The position numbers and the translations under genes were made by a program. Below, piece after piece: positions 18,706 through 28,766 of a stretch of 64,000 nt of DNA. The notes beneath the pieces are model-generated. The model saw only the letters and a program-made list of their open reading frames with translations. It had not been told where the DNA came from and did no database searches. Position 1 is the stretch's first letter. The number at the start of each line of letters is the position of its first letter. This DNA is from Candidatus Aenigmatarchaeota archaeon (GTDB taxonomy: Archaea; Aenigmatarchaeota; Aenigmatarchaeia; CG10238-14; SCSR01), in the NCBI GenBank assembly GCA_030615205.1, contig JAUWZS010000002.1, forward strand, positions 131,212 through 195,211, read 5' to 3'.

Positions 18706-18762
18706 AAATATTAATACATAAAAATTGATTTTAAGGTATTAGAGAATAAGTTAGTGTTTGTG

Positions 18763-19248
18763 ATGTTTATGGCGAAGCGACCGAGCTGGGATAGGTATTT
18801 TTTGGATTTGTGCGAAGCTGTTTCTAAACGTGCAACCTGCGATCGTGGCCGCTCGGGCTGTGTGATAGTAAAAGATAAGCGGATCCTAGCAACTGGTTAT
18901 GTTGGTGCGCCGACTGGGTTACTGCATTGCGATGATGTGGGTCATGATATGCGAAAGGTCTTCGACGACGCAGGCGAAGTAACACAGCACTGCGTGCGCA
19001 CGCTGCATGCAGAGCAGAATGCAATATTACAAGTGGCAAAGTTTGGCATATCCATCAATGGTGCAACGCTTTACTGCAAGCTGACGCCTTGTCGCATATG
19101 TGCAATGATGATAATAAACGCTGGGATCAAACGCGTGGTCTGCGAGAAGCGCTATCATGCAGATAAAGACACAGTCGAAGTGTTCAAGAAGGCTGGAGTA
19201 GAGCTAGTTGTAATTAATCAAGACGTAGAAGAATACGATAAGCAATAA
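18763..19248 (+). CDS. dCMP deaminase (cytidine/deoxycytidylate deaminase family)
   Basis: RPSWDRYFLDLC start, zinc motifs HAEQNAI and PCRICAMMI. Confidence 0.85.
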   Translation: MFMAKRPSWDRYFLDLCEAVSKRATCDRGRSGCVIVKDKRILATGYVGAPTGLLHCDDVGHDMRKVFDDAGEVTQHCVRTLHAEQNAILQVAKFGISINGATLYCKLTPCRICAMMIINAGIKRVVCEKRYHADKDTVEVFKKAGVELVVINQDVEEYDKQ

Positions 19249-19284
19249 AAATACGACAAGCAATAAAATTTACATTTCTAAAAT

Positions 19285-20730
19285 TTACACTTCATGAGTG
19301 ATCCGTTTCTTCTTAGGCGACAGGATCTTGGTTTTCCACAGGACTAGTAGCACTGTCACTATTATGATTCCTACAATTATGTATATGTACGTCTCTGTTG
19401 TCAGCTCTGGTAATTCAAGTGGAACTGTTGTAGTAGTTGTAGTTGGTCCGATTGTCGTTGTAGTTGTAGCTGGAACTGTAGTTGTTGTAACCGCCCCAAC
19501 TATTTCTCCGCTTATTGCAAAGTAAGAAAAGCCTGGTGTAACTGCTTCGTAATATATATAATCGTCATCCTCGTCAATTTTAGTCGTGTTTAATTTATTC
19601 CATTTATCAGCAGCAAATCTGTTCAAAGCTATTGTAGCTGAGTCGATGTCATTATCGGTAATCCAAGGCTTCTCAACTTTAAATTTCATTGTCGCTGTTA
19701 AAATATCTTCATCCTCTATCTTTTCTTTTACAACGCTTATATAATGATATACCTTACCAGAGGCTTCTGCAATTTCAGTTGGTTTCGCATCAAGTTTTCT
19801 GATCGTTATATAAACTGAATTTACTTTATTTACAACCTGTATGTTTATTTCAGTAAAGTCCACTCCCTCTGTCTTTTCGATTGTCACCCTTGTTTTACTT
19901 GCTGCTGCTATTAATGGAATATATACCACAGCTTTGCCAGGCGTTGTTGATGCAACTGGGGAGGGCGGGCCCGGAGAATAAGGTTGCGTTGTAGTTGTAG
20001 TGGTTGTGGTAGGTGGAGATGTAATAGTTAACCAATAGGTTTGCGAATCACTGGTGAAATTTGCATCGCCCTCGAAAAAGCCAGTAATATTATACTTACC
20101 AGCTGTATATGAAAGAGTGATACTATTCTCTAGAGGCGAATTTCCAGAAGTGTTATAGGTAGAAGTGAAATTTGTAGATAAATTGACAAGCACTGTGTAC
20201 GATGTTTTTATATCAACAGTTATATTTGCCACTCGGTTTTGTGTGTATGATTTGTTTCCTTCAGTTCCATTCAGAAATAGACTTACATTGGTAGTAGAGT
20301 TCACAGCCAAAGTCCAGTTGTGCGTCTGCGAGCTATTCCATATATCGTCAGTATTGTTTGCATACCATGTAAAATTGTAACTCTCCGCACGGCCGAGCTG
20401 ATTCTGCGTGAAGTTAATCCACCACATTCCTGTTGTGTCGTTCTGAATTATAACACCCAACGTATTGTTAGTATAGTTAGTGTAAGTGTCAGTAGTTATT
20501 CTACCAAGCTGGAATGTAGTATTAGCGAAGACTATAACCTCAGTAGAATTGTAAATTCCTGACACATTGCTTATATTCATCTGGAATCCGTAGTTATTGT
20601 TCTGGTTGTACTCCGTGCCTGTCACATATGTAGAAGTGTTCGAATTGAACTGCGGAGTAGCGAATGCGGGTATCGGTACTATTGAAAACAAGAAAACCAA
20701 TCCCAAAATCAATAGTAAAATCTTTTTCAT
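19285..20730 (-). CDS. surface glycoprotein candidate with PGF-pre-PGF-like domain, Thr linkers and a C-terminal anchor
   Basis: Signal MKKILLLILGLVFLFSIVPIPAFA and many NxS/T sequons. VYHYISVVKEKIEDEDILTATMKFKVEKPWI...LNRFAADKWNKLNTTKI...YYEAVTPGFSYFAISGE. C-terminus TTTTVPLELPEL + TM + KTKILSPKKKR. Confidence 0.75.
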   Translation of the reverse strand: MKKILLLILGLVFLFSIVPIPAFATPQFNSNTSTYVTGTEYNQNNNYGFQMNISNVSGIYNSTEVIVFANTTFQLGRITTDTYTNYTNNTLGVIIQNDTTGMWWINFTQNQLGRAESYNFTWYANNTDDIWNSSQTHNWTLAVNSTTNVSLFLNGTEGNKSYTQNRVANITVDIKTSYTVLVNLSTNFTSTYNTSGNSPLENSITLSYTAGKYNITGFFEGDANFTSDSQTYWLTITSPPTTTTTTTTQPYSPGPPSPVASTTPGKAVVYIPLIAAASKTRVTIEKTEGVDFTEINIQVVNKVNSVYITIRKLDAKPTEIAEASGKVYHYISVVKEKIEDEDILTATMKFKVEKPWITDNDIDSATIALNRFAADKWNKLNTTKIDEDDDYIYYEAVTPGFSYFAISGEIVGAVTTTTVPATTTTTIGPTTTTTTVPLELPELTTETYIYIIVGIIIVTVLLVLWKTKILSPKKKRITHEV

Positions 20731-20752
20731 CAATTCACCTTTTCCCAATCTT

Positions 20753-20962
20753 TTATTTCCTCTTTCCTTTCTTTGTCCTGTAAACCTTGCTACGGCCAAT
20801 GCGGATGACTTTAACCTCACCCTCATGTCTCATCGCTTCTAAGTAACCACTAACAAAATCCCGTCTGAGCTTTAATCTTCTAGAAAGCTCGCTGAGAGAC
20901 ATGGGCTCCTTTTTAAGTGTAGAAATAATTCTACGTTTTATGTCTGTCGATGCATCGGACAT
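20753..20962 (-). CDS. small winged-helix DNA-binding protein
   Basis: MSDASTDIKRRIISTLKKEPMSLSELSRRLKLRRDFVSGYLEAMRHEGEVKVIRIGRSKVY. Start moved to the ATG at 20962. Confidence 0.55.
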   Translation of the reverse strand: MSDASTDIKRRIISTLKKEPMSLSELSRRLKLRRDFVSGYLEAMRHEGEVKVIRIGRSKVYRTKKGKRK

Positions 20963-21138
20963 TATATAGTATTTCGTATTGTACGCTATATAAAGCATTA
21001 TATCGTATTCCACAATTACCTGAAAGTGACACTGAGCATACTCGAAAACCGAGCAATTCGCATATTTTGCTCGGTTTTTTACAGAGAACATATAGACTGA
21101 CTAAAAATTATAAACAAAATGTGAAAATAGAGGTGAAA

Positions 21139-21624
21139 TTATTTTGAAGAAAGAATTTGCTCGACAAAACGGACGTCTATCCCGACTTTATATCCTTCGG
21201 GGTCTCTAATTTGCGTTAAAGGCACGTTGTACTCATTCCTAAGCTCTGCTATATACGCCCGAGCTCTAGATTGGGATATGTTCAGATTTTTTGCAATCTG
21301 CTTGTATGTATGAAAACCGTTATTTATCAGCATAGCTATTATTTCTCTGTGTCTGCCTCGTATACTGCTCAAGTTCGCGGATTTGAGCGGTCGCTCGAAA
21401 TGCTCTCTTTGCTCGCCAAACTGCTCGGTTTTTGCTCGAAAAGTACTGAGCTGCTCGGTCAGATTTAAATTCTTGCCTTTTTTATAAATTAATGCCCCGC
21501 TTACAATAACGCCTGTAAGGTATTCTATTTTCGAGTTTGTTTTCTCAAGTTTTTTTTCAAAAGAAGCAAGCGTTTTACTCAAAATTTCAATTTTCCTCTC
21601 AAGTGATTTGTTTCTTTTCATCAA
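21139..21624 (-). CDS. HTH DNA-binding protein with N-terminal coiled coil
   Basis: C-terminal HTH-like HTYKQIAKNLNISQSRARAYIAELR. Confidence 0.5.
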   Translation of the reverse strand: MMKRNKSLERKIEILSKTLASFEKKLEKTNSKIEYLTGVIVSGALIYKKGKNLNLTEQLSTFRAKTEQFGEQREHFERPLKSANLSSIRGRHREIIAMLINNGFHTYKQIAKNLNISQSRARAYIAELRNEYNVPLTQIRDPEGYKVGIDVRFVEQILSSK

Positions 21625-21694
21625 TAGTTATCTTGAAACCCGAGTATATAAGTTTAACTTAATAAATTGCCCAAAAGTACTAGAAAACGAGTGA

Positions 21695-24571
21695 TTAAAA
21701 ATTAATTATTCCTTTTTTGTAAAGTACGAATATAATAATCAAGGCTACAACTATTATTATTGCTATAATCTCCAATGCTCCAATTTCGAATGGCAGACCA
21801 GCTGGCAGTGTAGTTGTAGTTGTTGATGGCAGTTTTTCTCCTCCAATTGCAAACACAGACAAGCCTGTGGACTCTGCTTCATAATGTACATAATTCGCAT
21901 CACTGCTCACCTTGGTTGTTGTAAGGTTTTCCCATGCAGCATCTGAGTATCTGTACAAATAGACTTTGTCTTCATCTATGTCATTAGATATAATCCATGT
22001 TTTCTCGACTTTGAATTTTATAGTCGCTGTAGTTATATCATCGTCAGTAAATTCGCTTTTTTCAAGCTCGAGATATTTGTATACTGCGCCGACATCAGAC
22101 GCAATCGGTGCCGATGCTTCTGACGGCAACGAGCTTTCCTTTACAGTAACTGCTATATTGGCAAGTGCCTTGTTTGCCACAATCGCAACGCTTTCTATCC
22201 TTAACTCAGCTGTTTCAAATTCGAACTCGGCAGTTTCACCAGCAGCAACGATGTCTACAGTTGTAGTTTCCTCGGCCGGGATTGTTGTAGTAGTTGTAGT
22301 AGGAGCTGCAGTAGTGGTAGTTGTTGGTAAATAAATTGAGGGTGAAGTAGTTGTGGTTGTAGTTGTAGCCGCTGCTCTCGTATATACTATAGTAACTGAA
22401 TGTGTGCCCGAAGAGTCGAAGACGACTTCAAAACTGCCAGTGTTGTATCTATCACTACTGCAATTTCCATCTATACAAAAAGAAGTGATAGTTGCGTCTG
22501 TCGCATTGATATTCGGCACCTTATCGTATAGATCTATAGAACCAGCAGAAGGTGTTGAAATTGTTGCGTTATACCTACTAGTTCCAATGCTTCCTGAAGG
22601 CACTGTAGTCTCGCTCATAATACTGACATTTAATGAAGCTGTCATATTTAATGTGATATTGGATAACGAATTGTTTGGAGACCAACCATTAACTGCTGAA
22701 AGATTGAAATCAAATTGGTGGAAACACAGTGTTATATTATTTCCTATATTTGGCCCTGGGAGATTATCAGTCATGTTTGTACAATTGCTGAACGTATCAA
22801 CTATTCCAGCCTCGCTCCATGTTTCATTAGCAACCTTAACCCAATCATTACCAGTCTTATTATATAGGGTAAAATTAGAGCCCATAGTAGCTTGAAATAC
22901 TATATCCTCAGTACTGTTATAACCAGTAACATTTATTGGGTATAGGAAACGGACATACAGCTTCGAGTCTGTTATATTGAAATCTGTGAGGCTGTTGTTG
23001 ACGCTCACCACCATTTCTATGTTTGTTGCCGTCCCTGGCTGTGGCGGGCTTGCTTCCGGGCCTGGAATAAACCCTCCTGTTAATGTCTGGTTTGTTAAGA
23101 AAATTGGTGAGGAAAGTGAGGCGCCTGTTTGACCTTCAAATGAAGGTGGAGCCAGAGAGAATAAAGATGTTAATGTAGCAGATCCAGCACCAGCGGCTTC
23201 AACGGTGATTGGCAAATCGATTAGACCAACGCTAGACTGGCCATAATTGTAAAGTACTAATCTTGAACAATTTGCATTTAAGCTCGTACTATTGTCGTAA
23301 TAATAGCTACCTTCTTGGCCACTTGCGCTCTGATTATCATAAGGACCGCACACCGTGTTATTGTAAATATAATATATCGCAGCACCAGTCGGACTAAGAG
23401 ATGGTGATAAGATTGTCCTATTTATTGTTTCGCCCATGAAAATTTCTTCATGCGTAACATACCATGCTGGTATCAAGTTCGATTCATTTTTGAAATTTAT
23501 TGAATCGTATCTCGCTCCGTATGTTATGTTTGTTTTATCACCAGCGGTGCCATTAAATGTCAAGTTCACTGTAAGATTTAGCGCCAGCAACTCCATAACA
23601 TCTGGATTTTCAAAAACAGGCTTATCAAAATACATTGCATCGATAAACCCAGAGCTTGCAATATACGGCCTATTTGAAGTGACATTGAATTGCATTATCG
23701 GCACTATAGCATAATATTCCGATTTTCGAGCTCCCCATTTCAGTATACTTACGTTTGTCAAACAATCAGTTACACCATATTCGGTTTTAACTATTGGTTT
23801 TGAGTTTGGCATGCTTTCTCCAAGCAATATTCCATTGTCGATGTAATCAGTTAGGTTTACAGAAATCCACGTTCCATTTATCACTGAGCTTGATAACAAA
23901 TTGGTTGTTGCATTTACAGCGCTACAATTATATGGTACTTCTGTCGATGTGTTATATAAATTTCCAAAATTCCAATCATCACAGACATATACATAATCAG
24001 GAACAACGCCCCTTCTGGCATAAGTAAAGTTCGCACTTGTAGCACTCGAATTGGTTGTATCATAATCAATAGCAAAAGCGCTTACTATTCTGTAACCCCC
24101 GGTTGAATTTGCAAAATTATACTCCGTAGATGGGATCAGCTGAAAGTTTAATGTGGAATTGGGCTCTGTTACATTAAAGCCGCTTATTGTTACAGAGGAA
24201 TTATAGGTCTCATTAGCTCCAACCTTAATAACAGCATCGTTTATAATCAATTCAACAGTATAAGTACAATTACTTTGATTCAATTCAACAGTGAAATCTG
24301 CTCTTGGCGGGTATGAGAAGTTACTTGAATTCATAACTGCATCAAAACAATTTGCCTCGTTTGCAGTGAAAGTTAGGTTAGCTGCGAATTCTCCATATAG
24401 ACCGAATACAGGTGGCGTTGAAACATTACCAATATAAGTGGTTATATTAACGGATACGAATGTAACATTTCCTATTACGGTTGTGTTGGGCCAAGCAAAC
24501 ACCGATGTGGATGACAAAATTATTGAAAAAAATGTTAGGAATAGCATTAAAACCAAAAACTTTATATTCAT
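21695..24571 (-). CDS. large surface (S-layer-like) glycoprotein candidate with PGF-pre-PGF-like domain
   Basis: Signal peptide and dozens of NxS/T sequons. AVYKYLELEKSEFTDDDITTATIKFKVEKTWI...LYRYSDAAWENLTTTKV...YEAESTGLSVFAIGGE. C-terminus TTTTLPAGLPFE + TM + YKKG. Confidence 0.75.
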   Translation of the reverse strand: MNIKFLVLMLFLTFFSIILSSTSVFAWPNTTVIGNVTFVSVNITTYIGNVSTPPVFGLYGEFAANLTFTANEANCFDAVMNSSNFSYPPRADFTVELNQSNCTYTVELIINDAVIKVGANETYNSSVTISGFNVTEPNSTLNFQLIPSTEYNFANSTGGYRIVSAFAIDYDTTNSSATSANFTYARRGVVPDYVYVCDDWNFGNLYNTSTEVPYNCSAVNATTNLLSSSVINGTWISVNLTDYIDNGILLGESMPNSKPIVKTEYGVTDCLTNVSILKWGARKSEYYAIVPIMQFNVTSNRPYIASSGFIDAMYFDKPVFENPDVMELLALNLTVNLTFNGTAGDKTNITYGARYDSINFKNESNLIPAWYVTHEEIFMGETINRTILSPSLSPTGAAIYYIYNNTVCGPYDNQSASGQEGSYYYDNSTSLNANCSRLVLYNYGQSSVGLIDLPITVEAAGAGSATLTSLFSLAPPSFEGQTGASLSSPIFLTNQTLTGGFIPGPEASPPQPGTATNIEMVVSVNNSLTDFNITDSKLYVRFLYPINVTGYNSTEDIVFQATMGSNFTLYNKTGNDWVKVANETWSEAGIVDTFSNCTNMTDNLPGPNIGNNITLCFHQFDFNLSAVNGWSPNNSLSNITLNMTASLNVSIMSETTVPSGSIGTSRYNATISTPSAGSIDLYDKVPNINATDATITSFCIDGNCSSDRYNTGSFEVVFDSSGTHSVTIVYTRAAATTTTTTTSPSIYLPTTTTTAAPTTTTTTIPAEETTTVDIVAAGETAEFEFETAELRIESVAIVANKALANIAVTVKESSLPSEASAPIASDVGAVYKYLELEKSEFTDDDITTATIKFKVEKTWIISNDIDEDKVYLYRYSDAAWENLTTTKVSSDANYVHYEAESTGLSVFAIGGEKLPSTTTTTLPAGLPFEIGALEIIAIIIVVALIIIFVLYKKGIINF

Positions 24572-24722
24572 TTAGCCACCTATCTTATAAAATTTTGTAT
24601 TTTTTGCTAAATAAAGTTTTTTTGGAATTTTCCAAATAAGCGCGTATTTTTTGCCATCCGAGCTATTGCTTAGAACGAGTGCTTTAAACAACTTTATCCT
24701 ACAAAAAACAGAATCTCTATTA

Positions 24723-25553
24723 ATGATTTATGTAACAAAGTTCGACGGACGCAAACAGCTGTTCAACAAACGGAAAATAATGCGGACCTGCATGCGGATG
24801 CACGCTACACCAAAAACTGCAAAAGAAATAGCAGAGAAAATCGAAGCGCACGCGTACGACGGCATAAGCACCAAAAAAATCATGCAGATGATTTTTGCGT
24901 ACATGCGAAAGCACCGGCCAGAAGTCAAGCATATAATCGACTTGCGAACAGCAATCAGCATGCTCAGACCCAAACCGGATTTCGAACTTTTTATTGCTCA
25001 ACTGCTCCGTGCACATGGCTATAAAGTCAAATCGAACCGCATGATACACGGCAAATGCATAGAGCACGAGATCGATGCGATCGCGGAAAAAGGCAAAGAT
25101 GTTTTTTATGTTGAAGTAAAGCACCATTACAAGCCGCATACGTACACTGGATTGGATGTTTTTCTCGAAGCGCGTGCAACGTTCGAAGATCTACTTGACG
25201 GCAAAAAAACCGGCGCAAACAAAATAAAATTCAACAAAGCAATGGTAATAAGCAATACAAAGCTCTCCAACCATGCAAGGCGATATGCTGATTGCCGAAG
25301 CATAATATATATCGGATGGAAAGCTCCGGTCGAGCGCGGACTGGAGCGCCTGATAGAAGAGAAGCAGTTGCATCCAATAACGTTTCTGCGCGACATTGAC
25401 CCAGCAGACGAGATAAAACTAGGTGATGCAGGGATTGTAACACTTAAACAGCTCATGGAACTCAGTCTGGACGAGCTGTGGAAAAAGACAAAAATCTCCA
25501 AAAAGACTTTGAAGGAATTTAAGCTTAAAGCGCAAAAGATACTATCAGCATGA
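24723..25553 (+). CDS. ATP-cone + Mrr-like restriction-endonuclease-fold + helix-hairpin-helix fusion protein
   Basis: ATP-cone start MIYVTKFDGRKQLFNKRKI. PD-(D/E)xK-like HEIDAIAEKGKDVFYVEVKHH. C-terminal HhH-like LGDAGIVTLKQLMELSLDELWKKTKI. Confidence 0.6.
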   Translation: MIYVTKFDGRKQLFNKRKIMRTCMRMHATPKTAKEIAEKIEAHAYDGISTKKIMQMIFAYMRKHRPEVKHIIDLRTAISMLRPKPDFELFIAQLLRAHGYKVKSNRMIHGKCIEHEIDAIAEKGKDVFYVEVKHHYKPHTYTGLDVFLEARATFEDLLDGKKTGANKIKFNKAMVISNTKLSNHARRYADCRSIIYIGWKAPVERGLERLIEEKQLHPITFLRDIDPADEIKLGDAGIVTLKQLMELSLDELWKKTKISKKTLKEFKLKAQKILSA

Positions 25554-26236
25554 GAACAACAAATGGAAAAATCATTGAATGTAAAAACGTATGGAAGATC
25601 TATAATGAAGGAACTGCTGCAGAAGTGCGCGCGCTGCAAGGGATAAATCTGGAAATTTTTGAAAAAGACTTTGTAGCGATACAGGGCGTATCTGGCAGTG
25701 GCAAGAGCACATTGCTGCATTGCATAGGATGCTTGGACACGCCTACACGTGGAAAAGTCTATATCGAAAATGAAGACATATCAAAGATGAACGAAGATGA
25801 GCTGGCGCTGATTCGCAGGGAAAAGATAGGTTTTGTTTTTCAATTCTTCAATATTATCTCAAGTTTGACAGCTTTGCAGAATGTAGAGCTTCCGATGATT
25901 TTTTCAGGACTCGACGGTACAAAAAGAAAAAAGAAAGCCAGAGAGCTGCTCGAAAAGGTAGGACTTGGTGGAAGGCTAAAGCACAAGCCGAGCGAACTTT
26001 CAGGCGGAGAGGCTCAGCGTGTTGCTATTGCGCGTGCACTGGCGAACGATCCCATACTCATGATGGCAGACGAACCGACCGGCAACCTTGATTCAAGCTC
26101 AGGAAAAGAAGTAATAAATATTTTTAATACCCTTAATAGTGAAGGTAGAACCGTTGTAATTATAACGCACGATCCGTCCATCACGAAATGCGCAAAAAGA
26201 AAAATAAAAATCAAAGATGGAAAGATTGTCGGATGA
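25550..26236 (+). CDS. ABC transporter ATP-binding protein (MacB/LolD-type)
   Basis: Walker A GVSGSGKST, signature LSGGEAQR, Walker B LMMADEPTGNLD. Confidence 0.9.
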   Translation: MRTTNGKIIECKNVWKIYNEGTAAEVRALQGINLEIFEKDFVAIQGVSGSGKSTLLHCIGCLDTPTRGKVYIENEDISKMNEDELALIRREKIGFVFQFFNIISSLTALQNVELPMIFSGLDGTKRKKKARELLEKVGLGGRLKHKPSELSGGEAQRVAIARALANDPILMMADEPTGNLDSSSGKEVINIFNTLNSEGRTVVIITHDPSITKCAKRKIKIKDGKIVG

Positions 26237-26266
26237 ATTAAATGAAATATTAAATGGTGTGTAGAA

Positions 26267-27496
26267 ATGAAAGCAAATGTAAAAAGAAATGTGGCATTGT
26301 TAGCGATATTCGCAATTTTTGTATTATCTGCATTTTCTGTACTATCTTTGAGCGCTGTTTCTGTGCGATCAGCAAGCACTTATGTATCATTAACTGTATC
26401 AAGCCAAATCGTGCCGTCAACCATAGGACCAGGCGACAGCGGAAACCTCATATTGACCATAACGAATGGCGGAACAGAATATGCACGACGTGTAAAATTA
26501 ACTGTAATATCGCATAGTTCAATAACTTTCGGCAGTAGAAGCTATGACTTGGGCATAATAGCACCGAGCGGTTCTACGCAGATCAGCATACCAATAGCAA
26601 TCTCATCATCGATCGAAGTGTACACAACTACAGTGTTTTTCTCCATATCTTATTCAGAGGGCGACAGTGCAAGCACAGCCACTATAGATGCATCAACATC
26701 AATCTCAATATCAAGACGCTCACTTGTCCAAATAGAGTCTGTGACTTGGGACAAAGAACTTATAGAACCAGGGGACGTGGTTGACGTGGACATATATGTG
26801 AAAAATGGAGGGATGGGCGATTTAAAGGATATGACTGTTGAACTCGGCAACGCGACTTTGCCATTTGTATCTGCGAGCGGCGACATAGAGACATATTTAG
26901 GTGATTTGTCCGTCAATGAGTTGCGAAAAGCTGCTTTTTCTATTATAGTGAATAAGGGCGCGGAAACTATTGCATACCGCGTGCCAGTCACAATCAAATA
27001 TTACGACGAGTCGAGCGTGCTGCATACTGACATAAAATACATAGGATTGAAGATATCTGGACAGCCGGACTTCATTGTTACTCTGGAAGACGACAGTGCG
27101 ATGTACGCTGGCAGCAGCAGTGGTGAACTTGTGATATCTCTAGCAAATCGTGGAACAGCAACAGCAAGTTTTCTCACTTTACGCTTTAATTCAACTTTTG
27201 ACATAATACCTGCAGAATACTATGTTGGCAACCTGGACCCGGATGATTATGAAACAGTCACATTATCAGTAGATCTGACATCTGTTCCTGCAGGCAAGCA
27301 CTCGCTGCCCATAGAAATGGCATATAAAGATCCATATAATCAAGAGATGTCCGAATCTGTGTCAATAGACTTTACAGCACATAGGATCCAGCCCGCAGGA
27401 ATACCACTCATAGCCCAACTGGCAATAGTCGGCATAGTGATTATAATACTATATTGGAAAAGAAAATTCTTTATCGGGCTTTTTAGAAAAAAGTAA
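26267..27496 (+). CDS. COG1361/CARDB-like surface protein associated with the ABC transporter
   Basis: Signal peptide and repeated beta-rich modules (PGDSGNLILTITNGG, PGDVVDVDIYVKNGG, SSGELVISLANRG). C-terminus QPAGIPLIAQLAIVGIVIIILYWKRK. Lies between the ATPase and permease genes. Confidence 0.6.
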   Translation: MKANVKRNVALLAIFAIFVLSAFSVLSLSAVSVRSASTYVSLTVSSQIVPSTIGPGDSGNLILTITNGGTEYARRVKLTVISHSSITFGSRSYDLGIIAPSGSTQISIPIAISSSIEVYTTTVFFSISYSEGDSASTATIDASTSISISRRSLVQIESVTWDKELIEPGDVVDVDIYVKNGGMGDLKDMTVELGNATLPFVSASGDIETYLGDLSVNELRKAAFSIIVNKGAETIAYRVPVTIKYYDESSVLHTDIKYIGLKISGQPDFIVTLEDDSAMYAGSSSGELVISLANRGTATASFLTLRFNSTFDIIPAEYYVGNLDPDDYETVTLSVDLTSVPAGKHSLPIEMAYKDPYNQEMSESVSIDFTAHRIQPAGIPLIAQLAIVGIVIIILYWKRKFFIGLFRKK

Positions 27497-27517
27497 AGTG
27501 AAAAGTCGGAGAGAGAA

Positions 27518-28750
27518 TTGAAAGTAAAGAAAAAAAGTGATCCTTTGACTTTTGATTTTGAGAAAGAAAGCATCCGCATGGCAGCACAAAGCATCCGTGA
27601 GCGGAAGCTGCGCAGTGCGTTGACAATCATAGGAATAGTAATAGGTATAGCTGCTATCATTTCCCTTGTATCGATCGGCGAAGGCACTAACATGTACATA
27701 AGGGAACAGTTCGAGCAGTTTGGCGCTAATAAAATAATTATAATGCCTTCATTCCAAATGGGCCAGGGCGCTTTAGGCAGCACGCAACAGCTTTCGGAGA
27801 AAGACATAGATATAATAAAACGCGTACGTGGGATCGACAGTGCATTACCGATATTGTCCAAGAGTCTGCAAGTCGAGTATAATGGTGCAACGAATATTCT
27901 GCAGATCATGGGCATAAACACCGGAGAAGCAGAGGAATTCTTCTCAGACATACAGTCGTTCGAACTCAGGAGTGGCCGTTTCCCACGGGCTGGAGACAAA
28001 TATGTTGTTGTGGCTGGCAGTATAATCGCAAAAAGCAGTTTTGACAAAGAACTGAGAATTCGCGATAAACTTATCATAAAAGACAAGACGTTCAACATCA
28101 TAGGTATACTGAAAGAGACAGGAAACAGCCAGGATGACTCGTCTATGATTATGCCGTTGGAGACTATGCGTGACATTACCGGAGAGGAAGATGAGATATC
28201 TCTTATAATGGCAAGCACCAGTGATGCAAGCAATGTGGACAAAGTAGCTGAGCTCGTAGAGCAGAAATTAGACAATAAATACGGTGAAAAATCTTTTATG
28301 GTGCTTAGCACATCTCAGCTGGCCGAGCAGATATCAACTATGACAAGAACTCTTTCGCTCGTATTAGGCGGGATCGCAGGCATATCCCTACTCGTCGCTG
28401 GCATAGGAATAGCAAATACAATGTACATGTCCATACTCGAACGTACAAAAGAAATCGGGATAATGAAATCTATCGGCGCTACGAACAAGAACATACTTGA
28501 GATATTTATGATAGAAGCTGCCATCATCGGATTAATCGGCGGCATCATCGGCGCGACTGTAGGCACAATCATGTCACAAATTATCGGCATCGCGCTCGAA
28601 TCTTACGGCATGCCGCTGAAGACTGTTGTCACGCCCGAACTCTTGACAATTGGAATAAGCTTCTCGGTCGTGGTCGGCGTGCTTTCAGGCTTGATGCCTG
28701 CCCGCAAAGCATCTAGGCTAAACCCAATAGAAGCACTAAGGTACGAGTAG
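27518..28750 (+). CDS. ABC transporter permease (MacB/FtsX family)
   Basis: N-terminal TM, large periplasmic-type domain, C-terminal FtsX-like 3-TM block (...MKSIGATNKNILEIFMIEA...PARKASRLNPIEALRYE). TTG start at 27518. Confidence 0.85.
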   Translation: MKVKKKSDPLTFDFEKESIRMAAQSIRERKLRSALTIIGIVIGIAAIISLVSIGEGTNMYIREQFEQFGANKIIIMPSFQMGQGALGSTQQLSEKDIDIIKRVRGIDSALPILSKSLQVEYNGATNILQIMGINTGEAEEFFSDIQSFELRSGRFPRAGDKYVVVAGSIIAKSSFDKELRIRDKLIIKDKTFNIIGILKETGNSQDDSSMIMPLETMRDITGEEDEISLIMASTSDASNVDKVAELVEQKLDNKYGEKSFMVLSTSQLAEQISTMTRTLSLVLGGIAGISLLVAGIGIANTMYMSILERTKEIGIMKSIGATNKNILEIFMIEAAIIGLIGGIIGATVGTIMSQIIGIALESYGMPLKTVVTPELLTIGISFSVVVGVLSGLMPARKASRLNPIEALRYE

Positions 28751-28766
28751 AATATACTTTTTTCTC

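Noticed and set aside
27340-28311. 323-aa minus-strand ORF.
   Set aside because: It is antisense to the well-supported MacB/FtsX permease and to the end of the COG1361-like gene. Its product is hydrophobic and Ser-rich with no motif.
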